From Psilocybe cubensis (Eukaryota): DNA of 64,000 nt. The translations under genes were made by a program, and so were the position numbers. The DNA lies in assembly GCA_017499595.2 (NCBI GenBank), contig CM038999.1, forward strand, positions 868,001-932,000, given 5' to 3'. Under the pieces are notes generated by a model. It searched no databases, had not been told where the DNA came from, and saw only the letters and a list, made by a program, of their open reading frames with translations. Positions 1 through 12,781 of the stretch are shown in pieces (the first letter of the stretch is position 1; each line of letters opens with the position of its first letter).

Positions 1-2250
1 GCCGGCACTACTTTCATATATACGAAGCCTTGCCAATACCACCTCTCTTCCGCTTGATCATGTCATCTTCCAATCAGTTCTTGTGTGTCTTATCGCGGGT
101 GACAAACACCTGATCCTCCGCACACCAGAGGAGGATGTATCTTTTGTAGTAAAATTGGTCGTTTGGGTGAGTCAAAATTGTCCCCCTTTCCCCAGATTTC
201 CTTTCTATATCAGTTATTGTGTGCTTAAAAGCATCTTGCTGCTTGCTCTATAAACTACCGGGCAACACAGCTTTGGTTGGCGCTAAGTTGTTGATACTCC
301 ATTGTCGAGACCCGCCGAAACTTGAGGTCCCACCAGTGACCCTGCATTATTTTCGAATACATCAAACACGATTTGATATATGTCATGGTCTCCGTTGGCG
401 CATGTCTTCCTACCTTTTCATTCGGATAAGAAATTGCGTTAACCTTGTCTGCTCACCATACCTCCTTGCTCGTCGCATCATCGTCATTTGCATTTCTGAC
501 CATCTCTTATTATAGACTCTATCCTGTATATTCAATTTTCCAACACATAAATTAAAACTTCGGAAACAGCTCCGTTCAAAAACTGGCATCTCATCAGTGT
601 CTGATCCGGATGCCTTTCTGCGGTCGTTGTTTTTCCCGCCGGGATCCTCTTCTTCCAACTCGAATCAAACATCGCAAGATGAAGGAACTGCTGAAAACTT
701 GAAACATTTGGGCCACTATCGTCACCACTCCCATGCGCGTTCCTCATTGAAACCCGGGACAAAGCACCAACCAGAATACTCCCGTTCACGGTCTTTTCCA
801 AACAATCTCGGAGCTGCACAAGACCATGGGACACCTGCTCCAGATTTTCCTGCTTCGCAAGGTGCCACCACCACCACAGGGCAACGATCTGTCGCCACTA
901 CCCCTCATTCGCCGGGGTTGCCGTCAATATTGAAACCCCAACCGATATATCCCAACAGTATGCCCCACGCGCATACTGATCCGCTACCATTGCCCAGGCG
1001 GAAGAAAACATTATCACAGTCTAAGCCATTGCAACTTCCCCACGCCTTGGTCCTTTCGGGTCTAGAGAATGCAGCGGATAGTGTTCAACGCTCCCTGGCA
1101 AGGGTATTGGCAGATAAAAAGGTAGTATTAGAAAGTCGAAGAGATACCACTGCGCTAGATTCAGATAGAACAGGATTTGTCGAAGATGGAGTTTGGACTC
1201 TTCCCGATGGGTTTATCGTAGTGTATGTTTGTCCCTGGAATGCTCGAGAGCGGCCTGCTCTCCACAAATCACTGGTAAGATCCACTGTCATCATAGAACC
1301 GACCCATGCTTATCAGAAAACTATCACAGTTGGACAAGTTCGCCATGAGCGCAGATGTATTCATTTCTCAAAGTATACGTCGCGATTTCCATTCGCTCCC
1401 CTTTTCTTCTTCTCCTCGTGCATTCCACCCCAGTTTTGTTTCGCACTCCAATCCGGGCAGTCCATCACCTTCACATCCTACGCCACTGCCTCCTACCCAC
1501 ACGCCACCTGTATTCACAAAAGCCTTGCCTCTACCCAGAAAGTCGTCTGCCCATTTTAATCCGCCTCCTCTTCCTGATGTTGTCCTTCCTACATCATTTA
1601 TCAAGGCTCTGCAAGATGCTCGCCACAGGGTCCACATTTCATGGTCCTCATCTTTATATCTATCTGATCTTTTCTCTGCTACGCGACACCACTCACGCCT
1701 AGATGCGATGTTGCTCACTGCCAAGTCGATGAAAGATGCTGAAGATCTTATTTGCGCCTCCCGCATCATCGGGAATGATCTCACAGGGATGGAACTTGTA
1801 CGCAGCTCAGGATTGATATACGATGGCGACGCCGCCGAAGAAGACGACGATGACGATCCCTCTGGCAACGAAAATGTTGATTCGATTGCACGGGATTACG
1901 TGCGGCTTGAAGATGTTGACGAACATTCGACCATGTCTGCACCGTCGCGTATGAATGCCAAAGACACGAACGAGCAGCAGTCGCTCACTGCCACCACAAC
2001 CACCACAACCTCTGGGGTGCTGGATGTGTCAGAGGTTGATGTTGCTCGCATTGTTCCCAGAGTGATCTCGCATCGCGTACGGCTGAGGAATGGTCCACAG
2101 GATGAAATCTTGTCCAGTGCACTGTACGGTGCTACGTTTCTGCCCCATCAGATGCCGAAGCCGCCTGTCGTTAGTGACGAGAGTCAGAAGACTGCAGATA
2201 AAACACCGTCCGTCAAAGCCGTGCTTGTGAGCATCCTGTCTGAGGTATGA
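1..2250 (+). CDS. Conserved fungal protein with degenerate MoxR/ChlI-like AAA+ fold (possibly Mtc2-like); 5' end outside the window
   Basis: First visible exon reads DHVIFQSVLVCLIAGDKHLILRTPEEDV (donor GTGAGT at 167). Later exons are ORFs 597-1559 and 1306-2250, joined by an intron at ~1275-1330. Segments LLDKFAMS, VHISWSSSLYLSDLFSATRHH and VSEVDVARIVPRVISHRV resemble the MoxR-type AAA lid. Stop TGA at 2248-2250. Confidence 0.6.
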
Positions 2251-2524
2251 CTTGTATAAATGGCGCCAATGTTCGAGGGAAGTGATTGGCGGCGAACCAC
2301 TGTTCGGCTATGTAGTAAGTATAGTAGGACCTTCAATGTAAAATAGTGTAAATTTAATATCACACATTTAATACAATTTATTACTAATCGAGCAATTGAG
2401 AATGAATGACTCCTGTGTTTGGACACTGTTGAAATGTTATTGGACCCACCCGCAGTGGTTCGTTTGATATATATTCTTTCGTTGCTCCCTTGCGTCTTTA
2501 CTTTTACCATAAACATATCCTGCA

Positions 2525-5500
2525 ATGCCTGAAAATAACTCTGAAGGCGACCGATCTCAACAGAAAAAGCGGAGGATTCCAGGAGCATGCGACATATGCA
2601 AGAAAAAGAAGAGTGAGATATCGCAATTTCATTAAAGAGCCCGCCTGAATTAACTTACAATTTTGTTAGTTCGTTGTAAGCTTCATACTACGGCAATGGA
2701 TGACCTATTTCGATGGGATCTCACCGAATATTGAGCCTCTAGGTGATAGTGGGGAGATGCCTGGCAATCGATGCACAAATTGCATACAGTTTGGGTTGGA
2801 GTGTACTCATAAAGAGGTCACAAAGGTGGGTTTTCTATTGTCTACAGAATGTTTCATGTGTGCAGAAAGCTTATGATCTGCTATTCAGACCTTAGGTCCT
2901 GCGAAAGGGTACGATTAGGATTGACGACAATGCCAATCAGTCACCAATAACTCGTTTATCTTTAGATATGTCGAAAGCCTAGAAGCGCGTCTCGAAAAGA
3001 TGGATAGACTACTGGCTAAGGTATGTTGTTGCTCCAAATGACTGCTTCTCAAGTGTGAATTAATCTGACTAGTGCGACAGTTACTACCTCAGGACGTTGA
3101 TATCAGCAAGGAAGTAGAACGACTGGAAGAACAAGAGGCACAGACCAACTCTGACAAGCTGCCCCGAAATGACGACGTCGTGGAGGACATGGCCATACAG
3201 CTAACCAGCAAACTGAACCTGAATCCGCAGGAACACAGGTTCTTTGGAAGATCAAGGTGGGCATGATCGCAGTATGTGTTCGTCTCCACTGCGCGCACGC
3301 TTAACTTCGGGCGTATTTCTCCTTCACAGTGGTTTCCAATTAATTCAGACGGCGTTGGATCTGAAGCAAGAGTATACTGGGGATATCCTTATGCAGAAAC
3401 CTCTCCTCCCTTCGAAGCGGCGCGAATTCTGGGACTACCCATCAGTGCGTACAAAGATTTGCTTCATTTGAGATTTGGCTGATTGTTTCTTCATTTCAAG
3501 TGGGCAATTATGAAAGATCCTATGCACGAACCCGATATCGTTACCTTCATTTACCCCGATGCCGACTTGATGCCCTCATTGATAGACGCGTATTTCGAAC
3601 AAATGAACTGCTTCTTACCTCTGCTGCATCGTCCAACATTCGAGAAGCTCGTTGCGGAAGGGCTTCATTATAGTGATTCCATGTTTGGCTCGGTGCTTCT
3701 TCTAGTATGTGCCCATGGAGCTCGGTTTTCCGAAGACCCTCGAGTTCTTTCCAAAGGCACCGACTCTCCTCGATCAGCGGGGTGGAAATGGTACGAGCAG
3801 GTCAATGCATTCAGAAGGACTCTCATCAAAAGGACAGTTTTGTACGAGCTCCAGATGATCGCAGTATGTCACTTTTGGTTCAAGAAATAATGCCGATTCT
3901 TATCGCAAGCTAGTTGCATGTCATGTTTTCTAAAACCGGAGAGGCGCCTCAGGGAATATGGGCAGAGATTGGTTTGGGTGTGCGATTGGCGCAAGAAGTA
4001 GGCGCTCATCGAAAACGCCGACGGTCGGACTCACCTCCTACTCCGGAAGATGAATTATGGAAGAGGGCATTCTGGTAAGACTTTGGTGGCAGATCTGCTA
4101 TTTGCTACACTATTAACTATTTTGACGCTCACTATCTGCATTAGGGTCATCCTTAGCATAGATAGGTTTATTAGTGCAGGATCCGGTCGACCGTGCGGAT
4201 TACAGGACGAAGAGTGAGCACTGAAGTATGCTCCCAGAAGTTTGTTTCGGAAGTTGATCACAACGTTCTAGCTTTGATTTAGATCTTCCTCTAGAGGTTG
4301 ATGATGAATATTGGGAAAATGGATTTAAACAACCTGCTGATAAACCGTCGTCTATCACTTTCTTCAACTGCTATCTAAGGTTGATGGACATACTTGCCTA
4401 CGCCATGCGACTGATTGTAGAGAAAGTTGCTTTATATGGGCATACAGTTGCTGACAACCTATTTGTTTCTTAGTATCCAGTTAAACGCCCTAAAAATTTC
4501 TTTGGTGCAGCCACCCAATATTCAGAACAGCAGATCATAGTGGAGCTAGATTCAACAATGAATAACTGGATGGATTCGGTACCTTCACATCGTATGTTTA
4601 GTTTGCTGATAATCGGATTGCTCCCGATCTCTATCTGACCAAATCCAAACAGTTAGATGGAATCCGCATTGCGAAGACGAGCTCTTCCTCAAGCAATCGG
4701 CCTACCTACATGCTACCTACTACCATCTTCAAATATTCATCCATCGACCTTTTATTCCTTCTCCACGGAACCCTGCTCCGATCTCATTCCCATCATTGGC
4801 CATATGTACGAATGCTGCACGATCTTGTTGTCACGTTCTCGAGTCTTTCACCAAGTTGAGCTCAATGCCGTTGACTGAACTCCAAGTAATTACCTTTACT
4901 TTACTTTTACCCCTCACTCGCTGATTACTTTATGTCATAGAACATCATTTTCACGTCAGCAGTTATTCTTTTACTGAACATCTGGAGTGGCAAACGCTCT
5001 GGGTATGCGCCAAATCCATTGCGAGAGATGGAGGATGTTCAACGGTGTATGGACATCCTCAAGATGACTGAACGACGGTAAGGCCCTCGAAATGATGTCA
5101 TTAACCTGTTATTCATGCAGTATATTGTATTAGGTGTGCCCTTGCTGGACGTTACTGGTATGTTTCTCTGGAAATGTGAATTCAAACTTCCCTGACAAAG
5201 TGCTTCTACAATTATTTAGGGACATTTTAACAGAGCTTGCCTACGCAGGGCACATGTCCATCTCCATGAAAAAGTCTGATGCCATTAAAAACGGAAGGAA
5301 GAGAAACCGTGACGCTGCAGAACAAACTACATCCACTTCTACTTCTCTTCCTAGTTCGAGCAACGAAGCGCGCCCAATTGCGGGTAATCGGCGTGTCTCT
5401 GAGAGCCAGTCCCCGCCCTCGGTGCCGCAAACTCCTCCTGAGACTGCGTTATTTTCGTTGCCCATGTATAGTAATGAGCTCGGAAGACTCCCAGTTTATG

Positions 5501-5982
5501 GACAATTCAACTTTTCCGACTCTCTGAACACATATGCACCACCCACTGCCAACCAGGTTACTAACTTTGACCAGTTCTTTTTTAACATTTCTGCTACCAA
5601 TCAGAATAACATTGTTCAGCCTGATCTGAGTGGACTGGCGAACGGCACCCTCCCGATCTTTGACGACAAGAATCAACCAGTGGACAACAACTTTGTACAG
5701 CCGGTTCAACAGCCTCCTGCAACGGATATTACTTCTATCTTTGGACCATCGTTCGATGCAGATGAATGGGCGCGCTCTATACCTCAGATGGATATGGACA
5801 CAATGAACATGTGGTCAATGGCACCAACCAACCTCGAGTATGTTGTTGCTGTTGTTGCAACGATCATGAAGCGGATATTTGTTAACCTTTCTTGCGATTA
5901 TAGGATGGATGATTGGAACTCGTATATATCAAGCGTGGAACAGATCACCCAGGCTCGATCGTCCTCGTTTGGTACTCAATAG
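2525..5982 (+). CDS. Zn(II)2Cys6 binuclear-cluster transcription factor with fungal-specific TF (Fungal_trans) domain; multi-exon
   Basis: Spliced N-terminus MPENNSEGDRSQQKKRRIPGACDICKKKKIRCDSGEMPGNRCTNCIQFGLEC has all six Cys. It is followed by YVESLEARLEKM, FFGRSSG, YFEQMNCFLPLLHRPTF, AQEVGAHR, WKRAFW, SGRP, FDLDLPLEVDDEYW and IFIHRPF. Confidence 0.93.
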
Positions 5983-6821
5983 CGACCAAGTATATTTCGG
6001 TACATCGCTTTCAACTGTATCACTACTGTAAACGTTACATACCCCCTTTGTCTATCTCCCGAGTTGAGACGGATCTTTACATTCTTATTTATCCTTTTAC
6101 CATTTGTGTAGTGGTTACCTTGAACCTTGTAGCGTAGTACATCTATTTTTGTGAAGTATTCCAATTTAAGTACTTACATTCAGATGCGAAGCAGGCCAAC
6201 TTCACAATAGAGTGCGGGGTGTTGACTTGGTGATTAGGTGTTCCGGTTTTATAAGTAACAATGCTTGTTGTATTGTATAAAAAGTTTTGGGTAATCGTTC
6301 TAAGATATATTTTTGAAGCTCTTTGTATAAGTTATAGATATCGATTGGCTTGTATTTGACCTTCAGGTTTCAGCACAGGGCTTCGTCGCAGGAAGGTATC
6401 ACTGGAGGTTTGTGTTTCCGGCGACTTGTTTGTTTTTTCCCTGTGCCTGTAGTAAATCAAGACATCTTAAAGACAATGGCTGATCCTTCACTAATTTTTC
6501 TTCCTGTGTCATATATAGTTCTTCTTGATTCCCGGTCTTTATGTTTTGGAGAATATCACGGCGATTGAAGCAGCAAGGAGACGACATGAGATAAATTATA
6601 AAGCACCTTTTAGCTGTTATTTTTAGCTACGACGGTTTTCCCGGGCCGCACAAGATAATTAGTCAGCAATATTTTTGATCCTTGGCATGAACGAGTCTTT
6701 GCTCATGCTCATGCTCACTATATTCTGACCATTCCCAAACATTCCATATTGCTTTCACGGCGTCCAAATTTTCTCTGATATCAGAGACCAATATCCAGGC
6801 CCCAAATTCCAAACTGCTTCG

Positions 6822-7988
6822 ATGACTCGTGTAACAAACTTTGGAAGGAAACGGACTCATCTACAGGCAGGGTTCACCACGGATGATACGCCTACCACGA
6901 CTCAGATTGATGAACCTTCGACATCAAATGGAGCTATGAACAATTCCAACTCAAATGACGCAAATGAGACCTTGTCAGCGGCGAACGCGGACTGTGCTGC
7001 TCCTCCACCAAAGAAGAAACGAAAGCGTACACCGAAATCCAAGCGTGACGGCTATGCTGCACAGCGAGCCGCGGAGGCTGCGTTAGCGCGAGGTGAAGAG
7101 CCTCCTGCACCGGAACCTGAAACGGCTGTTGGATCGAATGAATCAAAACCCTACGAGGAACTGAGCAAGAGCGGGAAGAAGAAGAGAAGGATACAGGATA
7201 AGAAACGCAAAAGTGAACATTTAATCTTAATTGCTAATACAAAATGAACGTTTCAGGTGCTAACGCGTATTTCAATTAGTTCTGAATGCAACAGAAACTC
7301 GTCGACTCAAAAGAATTGATGAAAAGCTAAAAAATACCATTTGTTTTGCATGTCGCGAAAACGGGCACGCTGCAAAGGATTGCCCAAAAAATCCAGAAGG
7401 TGGTAACAAAGAAAAGGGAGTTGGAATTTGTTATAGGTGAGTAGAATCATGTACAAATATGTTTCACAACTGATCCTGATTTTGATTTCCCTAGGTGTGG
7501 TTCCACGAAACATAGTCTTTCCAAATGCCGGAAACCTTCCAATCCCGAAGATCCTTTCCCATATGCATTGTGTTTTGTCTGCAATGGGAAGGGCCATCTC
7601 GCATCTTCATGCCCCCAAAATAAAACTAAGGGTGTTTATCCAAATGGAGGCTGTTGCAAGCTGTGTGGCGAGACCTCGCACCTGGCAAAAGATTGTGGCG
7701 TTAGAGAGAAAAGTCAGTCCTATTATACTTGACGCGTTGCTGCATGGATTAATCTTCATTTTTTTAGTAACAGATGCTACAACCGTCTTTGGGACAGGCA
7801 GAGAAGTAGGAGCTGACGAAGATGACTTCCACTCTTTCAAACGGAAGGCACTCGAAATTGACCGGGAAGAAAAACAGGAAAATAAGTTGAAACAACAGCT
7901 GGAGATCAAGGCGGGTGTGCATTCAGATGTTGTCAAGGCATACGGAGCGGCGCCTGTGCGTCCGAAGAAAGTTGTTGTGTTTAAATAG
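6822..7988 (+). CDS. CCHC zinc-knuckle RNA-binding protein (ZCCHC9-like)
   Basis: Basic N-terminus plus four spliced knuckles: CFACRENGHAAKDC, CYRCGSTKHSLSKC, CFVCNGKGHLASSC and CKLCGETSHLAKDC. Also GVYPNGG and a C-terminal GADEDDF...KKVVVFK. Confidence 0.85.
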
Positions 7989-8349
7989 GACTCTGTGAGC
8001 CAGGATTTTGAAGTTCTTCTGGATGGTTGTTGGGTTTCCTGTTACACCGTCCGATCGACGTGAAAATCCGAGCACCATTTTTTTCCTTCGCATCCTTGGT
8101 TGAAGAATATAGGTGAAGGAAATGGGTCATATAGTATCGAAACCACTCAGTACTACGATGTGTTTCATTCCCATTCCCCGTAGCCAGCATGAACGGCCAG
8201 GAGACAAACAACCGGGTTTCCGGACCGCTTTCGCACTGTGACCTGACCTCGCTTGAACGCATCACAACCCCTTTTCTCAACTACTAAGAGGCCAAACCGT
8301 AACGCTCTGCTGATTTATCACATATTCCCTTTGTAGGGTTGACAACAGA

Positions 8350-9479
8350 ATGTCGACGTTGTCAAAGAAAATAATATACGGTACAGCTTGGTACGCATAC
8401 CACTAAGCGACGCCATTTCACATCTTGGTGAATAACGAGCTTTCAGGAAGAAAGAGAAGACAACCGCACTTGTAGTTCGTGCTGTTTTGACTGGGTTTAG
8501 GGCTATAGATACAGGTGCGCCCGCAAAAATGGCCATGAAGCACTGGAATGTGATGATTTGGTTGTTTTTGGTTACATCAAGCTTGCCAGCCAAAGCACTA
8601 CCGGTGTGGTTATACTTATTCTTACAGAAGCCCTCAATATGTTAACAAACTTGACTCTATTACCTTCAGAGAAGATCTTGTAGGCGAAGCATTGCTTCAG
8701 TTGCAGAAGGAACATGATATCAAACGAGAACATCTTTTTGTGCAGACAAAGTGTGTAGCATCTACTCCTACGGCTGTTCATATTCTCTTCAAGATTACTC
8801 ATTTGACAACAGATTTACGCCAATCGGAGGCCAAGATGCTACGCAACCAATTCCTTACAATCCTTCGGATTCCATCTCCAAGCAAATCGTAGCATCATGC
8901 CAAAAGTCCCTCCATTGACAGTTACCTACTCCATTCTCCTTTTCCTACTTTGGAGCAGACCCTCGAGGCATGGCGCACGCTCACACAGCTGCAGGACGAG
9001 GGCAAGGTTCGGCTCATTGGTGTGAGTAACACATATGACGTCCGCATTCTTGCTGCATTGCAGCGAGTGAGGCCGGTTCAGGTGGTCCAAAATAGATGGT
9101 ACGAAGGCAACGACTGGGACCCAAAGGTGTTGAACTACTGCAAGGAGTCTGGAATCATGTATCAGTATGGCATTATCTTGCTTTCTGACTATTAATGTGG
9201 AAGCTAATTGTTGGCATCTATGATATTTCCAGGTCTTTCTGGACACTGTCGGGATCACCATCACTTCTAGCCCATCCGAGCCTATTACAAATCGCAAAAG
9301 CGTCAAAGATGACTGCTCCTCAGACGGTGTACAAAATCGCCCAACTTGAAGGGATCATTCCACTTTCTGGGACCACAGATGAAAACCACATGCGGCAAGA
9401 TGTCTCAGTAGAAGAACTCTCGTTCTTCGAAGGATCTAGCCAGTTTCTTGAGGACGTGCGCAAGTTCATCAAAGAATGA
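8350..9479 (+). pseudogene. Aldo/keto reductase with apparent frameshifting deletion (pseudogene, null allele or assembly error)
   Basis: Exons read MSTLSKKIIYGTAW, GFRAIDTA-CQPKHYR-EDLVGEAL, LFVQTK-FTPIGGQD, IDSYLLHSP, GKVRLIGVSN, VVQNRWY and SFWTLSG. The frame breaks at ...CQKSLH-TGA (8916-8918), and IDSYLLHSP resumes in a different frame. Confidence 0.75.
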
Positions 9480-9788
9480 AATGGCCGACTGAGGACTCAA
9501 AATATGATTGAACTTTGTGGAAGTAATCAATGTATCTACTATTTGGTGACGGTCAACAAGCGCTGTAACATATCACGTAGATTAGTTGTAAACAGTAACT
9601 CACACCGTGAGTTGCTACCGAACAGGGCCTATGATGTGAAGTTACATAAACGCTTAGCGCTATAGCGCTGGTTGTTAACTTGCTTGGGAGTGCCTGAGAC
9701 TTACGGATGCCGCCGAATAGCACAACAACAACCAGATTCCACGGGCCTTACCCAGATACATATCTACGTCAAACGCCCCCTCTTGAAA

Positions 9789-12195
9789 ATGCTGCCTACG
9801 GTCGTAAAGGTTAGATATTAGAATTCTTTCATTGCGTATTCTTTGTTTGCTGAACCAGCATAGTCGTTGGTACTCTGGCCCAAATCGCTGCTTATTGACC
9901 AGAACGTTCGCTCAGAAGCTGGCCAGAGGACACGGCAGGTTGAAAAGAGAGATAGAAAGCGGAATTTGGTTAGGGCAACGGCCAGAAGAGTCAATGCTGC
10001 AACTACCAGGGCCAAAGCCTCTGCCAAAACTGCCATAACAGCTTCTTTACCAGTAACAGTGGGCCTCGTATTACCTAAATCCCCCTGCCCTCGTCTTCTT
10101 CTTTGCAACAAACCTCCCACCGATTCCGAGGCGGCTCTTATCCTGGAGGCGATCCAAGCTGCTCAAGCAGAAGCTAAACGCTGGTCCGAGATCCTCAAGA
10201 CCGGGAAGGATAGTGGTGTGACGAGTCGAGCTTGGGAGCGGGCCATCATACACAAGATCAACAAGGCCACACAGTTCGTCCACCAGCACCAAGCAGTCAT
10301 ATCGATTGTTCGAAGACTTCCCGTAGAAATCTTACAAGAGGTATTTCTTTGGGTCGCAGCGATACCCTATCCAAGAGACCCATCGTTACCGTTGACTTTG
10401 GTATACTGGGATTCGGAATATATCTGGTATCTTGGCCAGATTTGCCAACCTTGGAGGACTATTGCACTAAATCTTCCTGGTTTATGGGGAATACCACCGA
10501 TTTTCATAAGCAGACGACCCGAAAAAACGCGCTTACAGGTCAAATACATTAGTGAACTCCTTCGCCGCTCGAAAGGGGGCATGCTTCACTTTATGATTAA
10601 GGCCTTTACTATCGACTCGGATGGGTTGAAGACCCACCCTGTTATTGACCTTTTGTGCGAACACGCTGAAAAATGGGAGGCGGTATCAATGACGCTATCA
10701 CCAGAAATGTTTGCTAACCTCTCATGTATAAGAGGTCGTCTTCCGGTTCTAAAGACCTTACAACTCTTGACCTATAAAGGCGAGGGTGACGCACAACTGC
10801 CCATGCAGCTCAATAATTGTTTCGAGGCTGCCCCTCTCCTTACATCGGCGTTTGTGGATGATCACATTCAACGTATGTTTGCTCTACCGTTCAAACAACT
10901 TTTACATTATCATGAACATGTGTATGTTGGACTTTCTATCTCTTCAACCATAGACCGCTGTGCTTTGGTGACGTTTTCGTGTGCATCTCGCGATCTTGAT
11001 TTTGTCTTTCCGAAAATCACCCTTCCTCGCCTCACCAGTTTTCATGTCCATTTACATGGTTCATTGAATTCGCAACATTGCTTTGATAATCTTACACTTC
11101 CTGCCGTCCAAGATATGAAGATCATAGCCAAGGCTGAAAATACATTACCAAGCGTCAGGCGAATGCTCACCAAGTCGTCTCCTCACTGTCTTCAGGAGTT
11201 GACGATTCGATTCCCGCAATCTGTCCCGGCCAATGAACTGTCCGAACTCCTGTTGTTGACACCGGATTTGGATGTCTTGGATACCACCATGCCTTCCAAC
11301 GACGATATTGTTAATCTTTCCATTGGATATGAGGGACGAGTTCTCGTCCCTCTTTTACACCTATGCGAATTGCGTCTCCATGCAGAGGATAAAGTCAGCG
11401 ACACAATGATTACCTCTCTGAAGGCACTCGCCTACTGTCGTGGTGAAGATAGCAAATATATTACTCGACACAATTTGACGACAAAATGTGAAGTCGTTGA
11501 TGCGCCTGAAATGTGCGTGGTAGGCATTCATTTCAGCTTCGGTGAAGTTGACGACCTAGTGCAAATACACTCCCGATTGGAGGATTGGTCGCCAGAGTCG
11601 ACCCCGTCGAAACAATTAGCATCATTAAAGGACCGATTATACAAGTTGGTCCCAAGCTTACATCCAAGAACAATTTTCAGATACAACATCACCCGAGATG
11701 GCTCAACGGTACTAATGGACCGCATTTTGAAGGAGATTCATTACGTGCAAGTCAAAGACGTTAGAGAAATCGTTGTGAGTTACTAGGTGTTGAAGTGTGA
11801 ACTTAACGTCATAGCGTCGCTGATGGATACAATGACAGTTCTCGGGGATTCTTTATCCGTTGAAGAAGATGGCCAAAGACTACGACATTCTTGAGCATCG
11901 AAACGATGCCAGAGCAATTTTAGCCAGATGGCAACCTTTGCTGAACAATGATCAAGATAGTATTCGACACCGAAGTTGGATTGTATATGGATCAAGAAAT
12001 CTGGTCTACATTCCCAAAGATCACGGTGAGTTAGATTCATGAGTTAGATTCACGCCTCACCGCTAGGTTGAACCTAAACTATGACTTCTTCATTGGATAC
12101 TAGTTCTTCGTAAATTAAAAATCGGCCCTAGACTTATGAACAATGGGACTGGGACTGTGCAACGCAGTAGATCTTATTGCAGGCTTTGGCCATGA
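9789..12195 (+). CDS. Agaricomycete F-box-like / LRR-like protein (paralog A)
   Basis: 7-codon first exon (MLPTVVK), then a 1.9-kb exon with IVRRLPVEILQEVF...LGQICQPWRTIALNLPGLW and LTLPAVQDM-type repeats. Two short 3' exons follow; the 3' end is approximate. Confidence 0.8.
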
Positions 12196-12781
12196 TGTGC
12201 AATTATTGACAGTAGCCAGAATTGGCCTACAAATGCCATAGGCCAATCTCAAGGACGATCTCACAACGCTGAACTGTTTTTATAGCCTTTATTGAAGCAA
12301 TTTGACGTAGTTTTGTATTTGTTTCTTTGAATATGGTAATAGACTAGGCAAAGTAGCTATTCTACTTTTTTCTAGTGCTGGATAGATTGATCGGTGTGCG
12401 CATTTTAGTTCATTAGTTAAAAGTCAAGTATGGGTACTTATTCAAGTAGTAACAATACACCTTCGAGACCTCCGTTTCAATTGTAAATATTAAACACCCA
12501 CTATCTTCGTCTCACTGAACAATTCGTGGGCTGATAGGAATGCCGATCGTAAATCAGTCACTCATTCTTTCCAGAAATTGTGGGCGGAAGTGATTATTCG
12601 ATATGTTGTGCTCCAATTCAAAAGCTGGCATTTTGAGAGAACCTGGTCTTGAGACACGGTATTGCCCATTGTCGCCAAGTTTTATGCTCGCCGCTGACGG
12701 ATTTTGCGTATGACAGTCTCGGTTTCTGCTTTTTTCAAAGAATTGACCATGACTGTCGTAATGGCGCCCACAACTTTGCGT

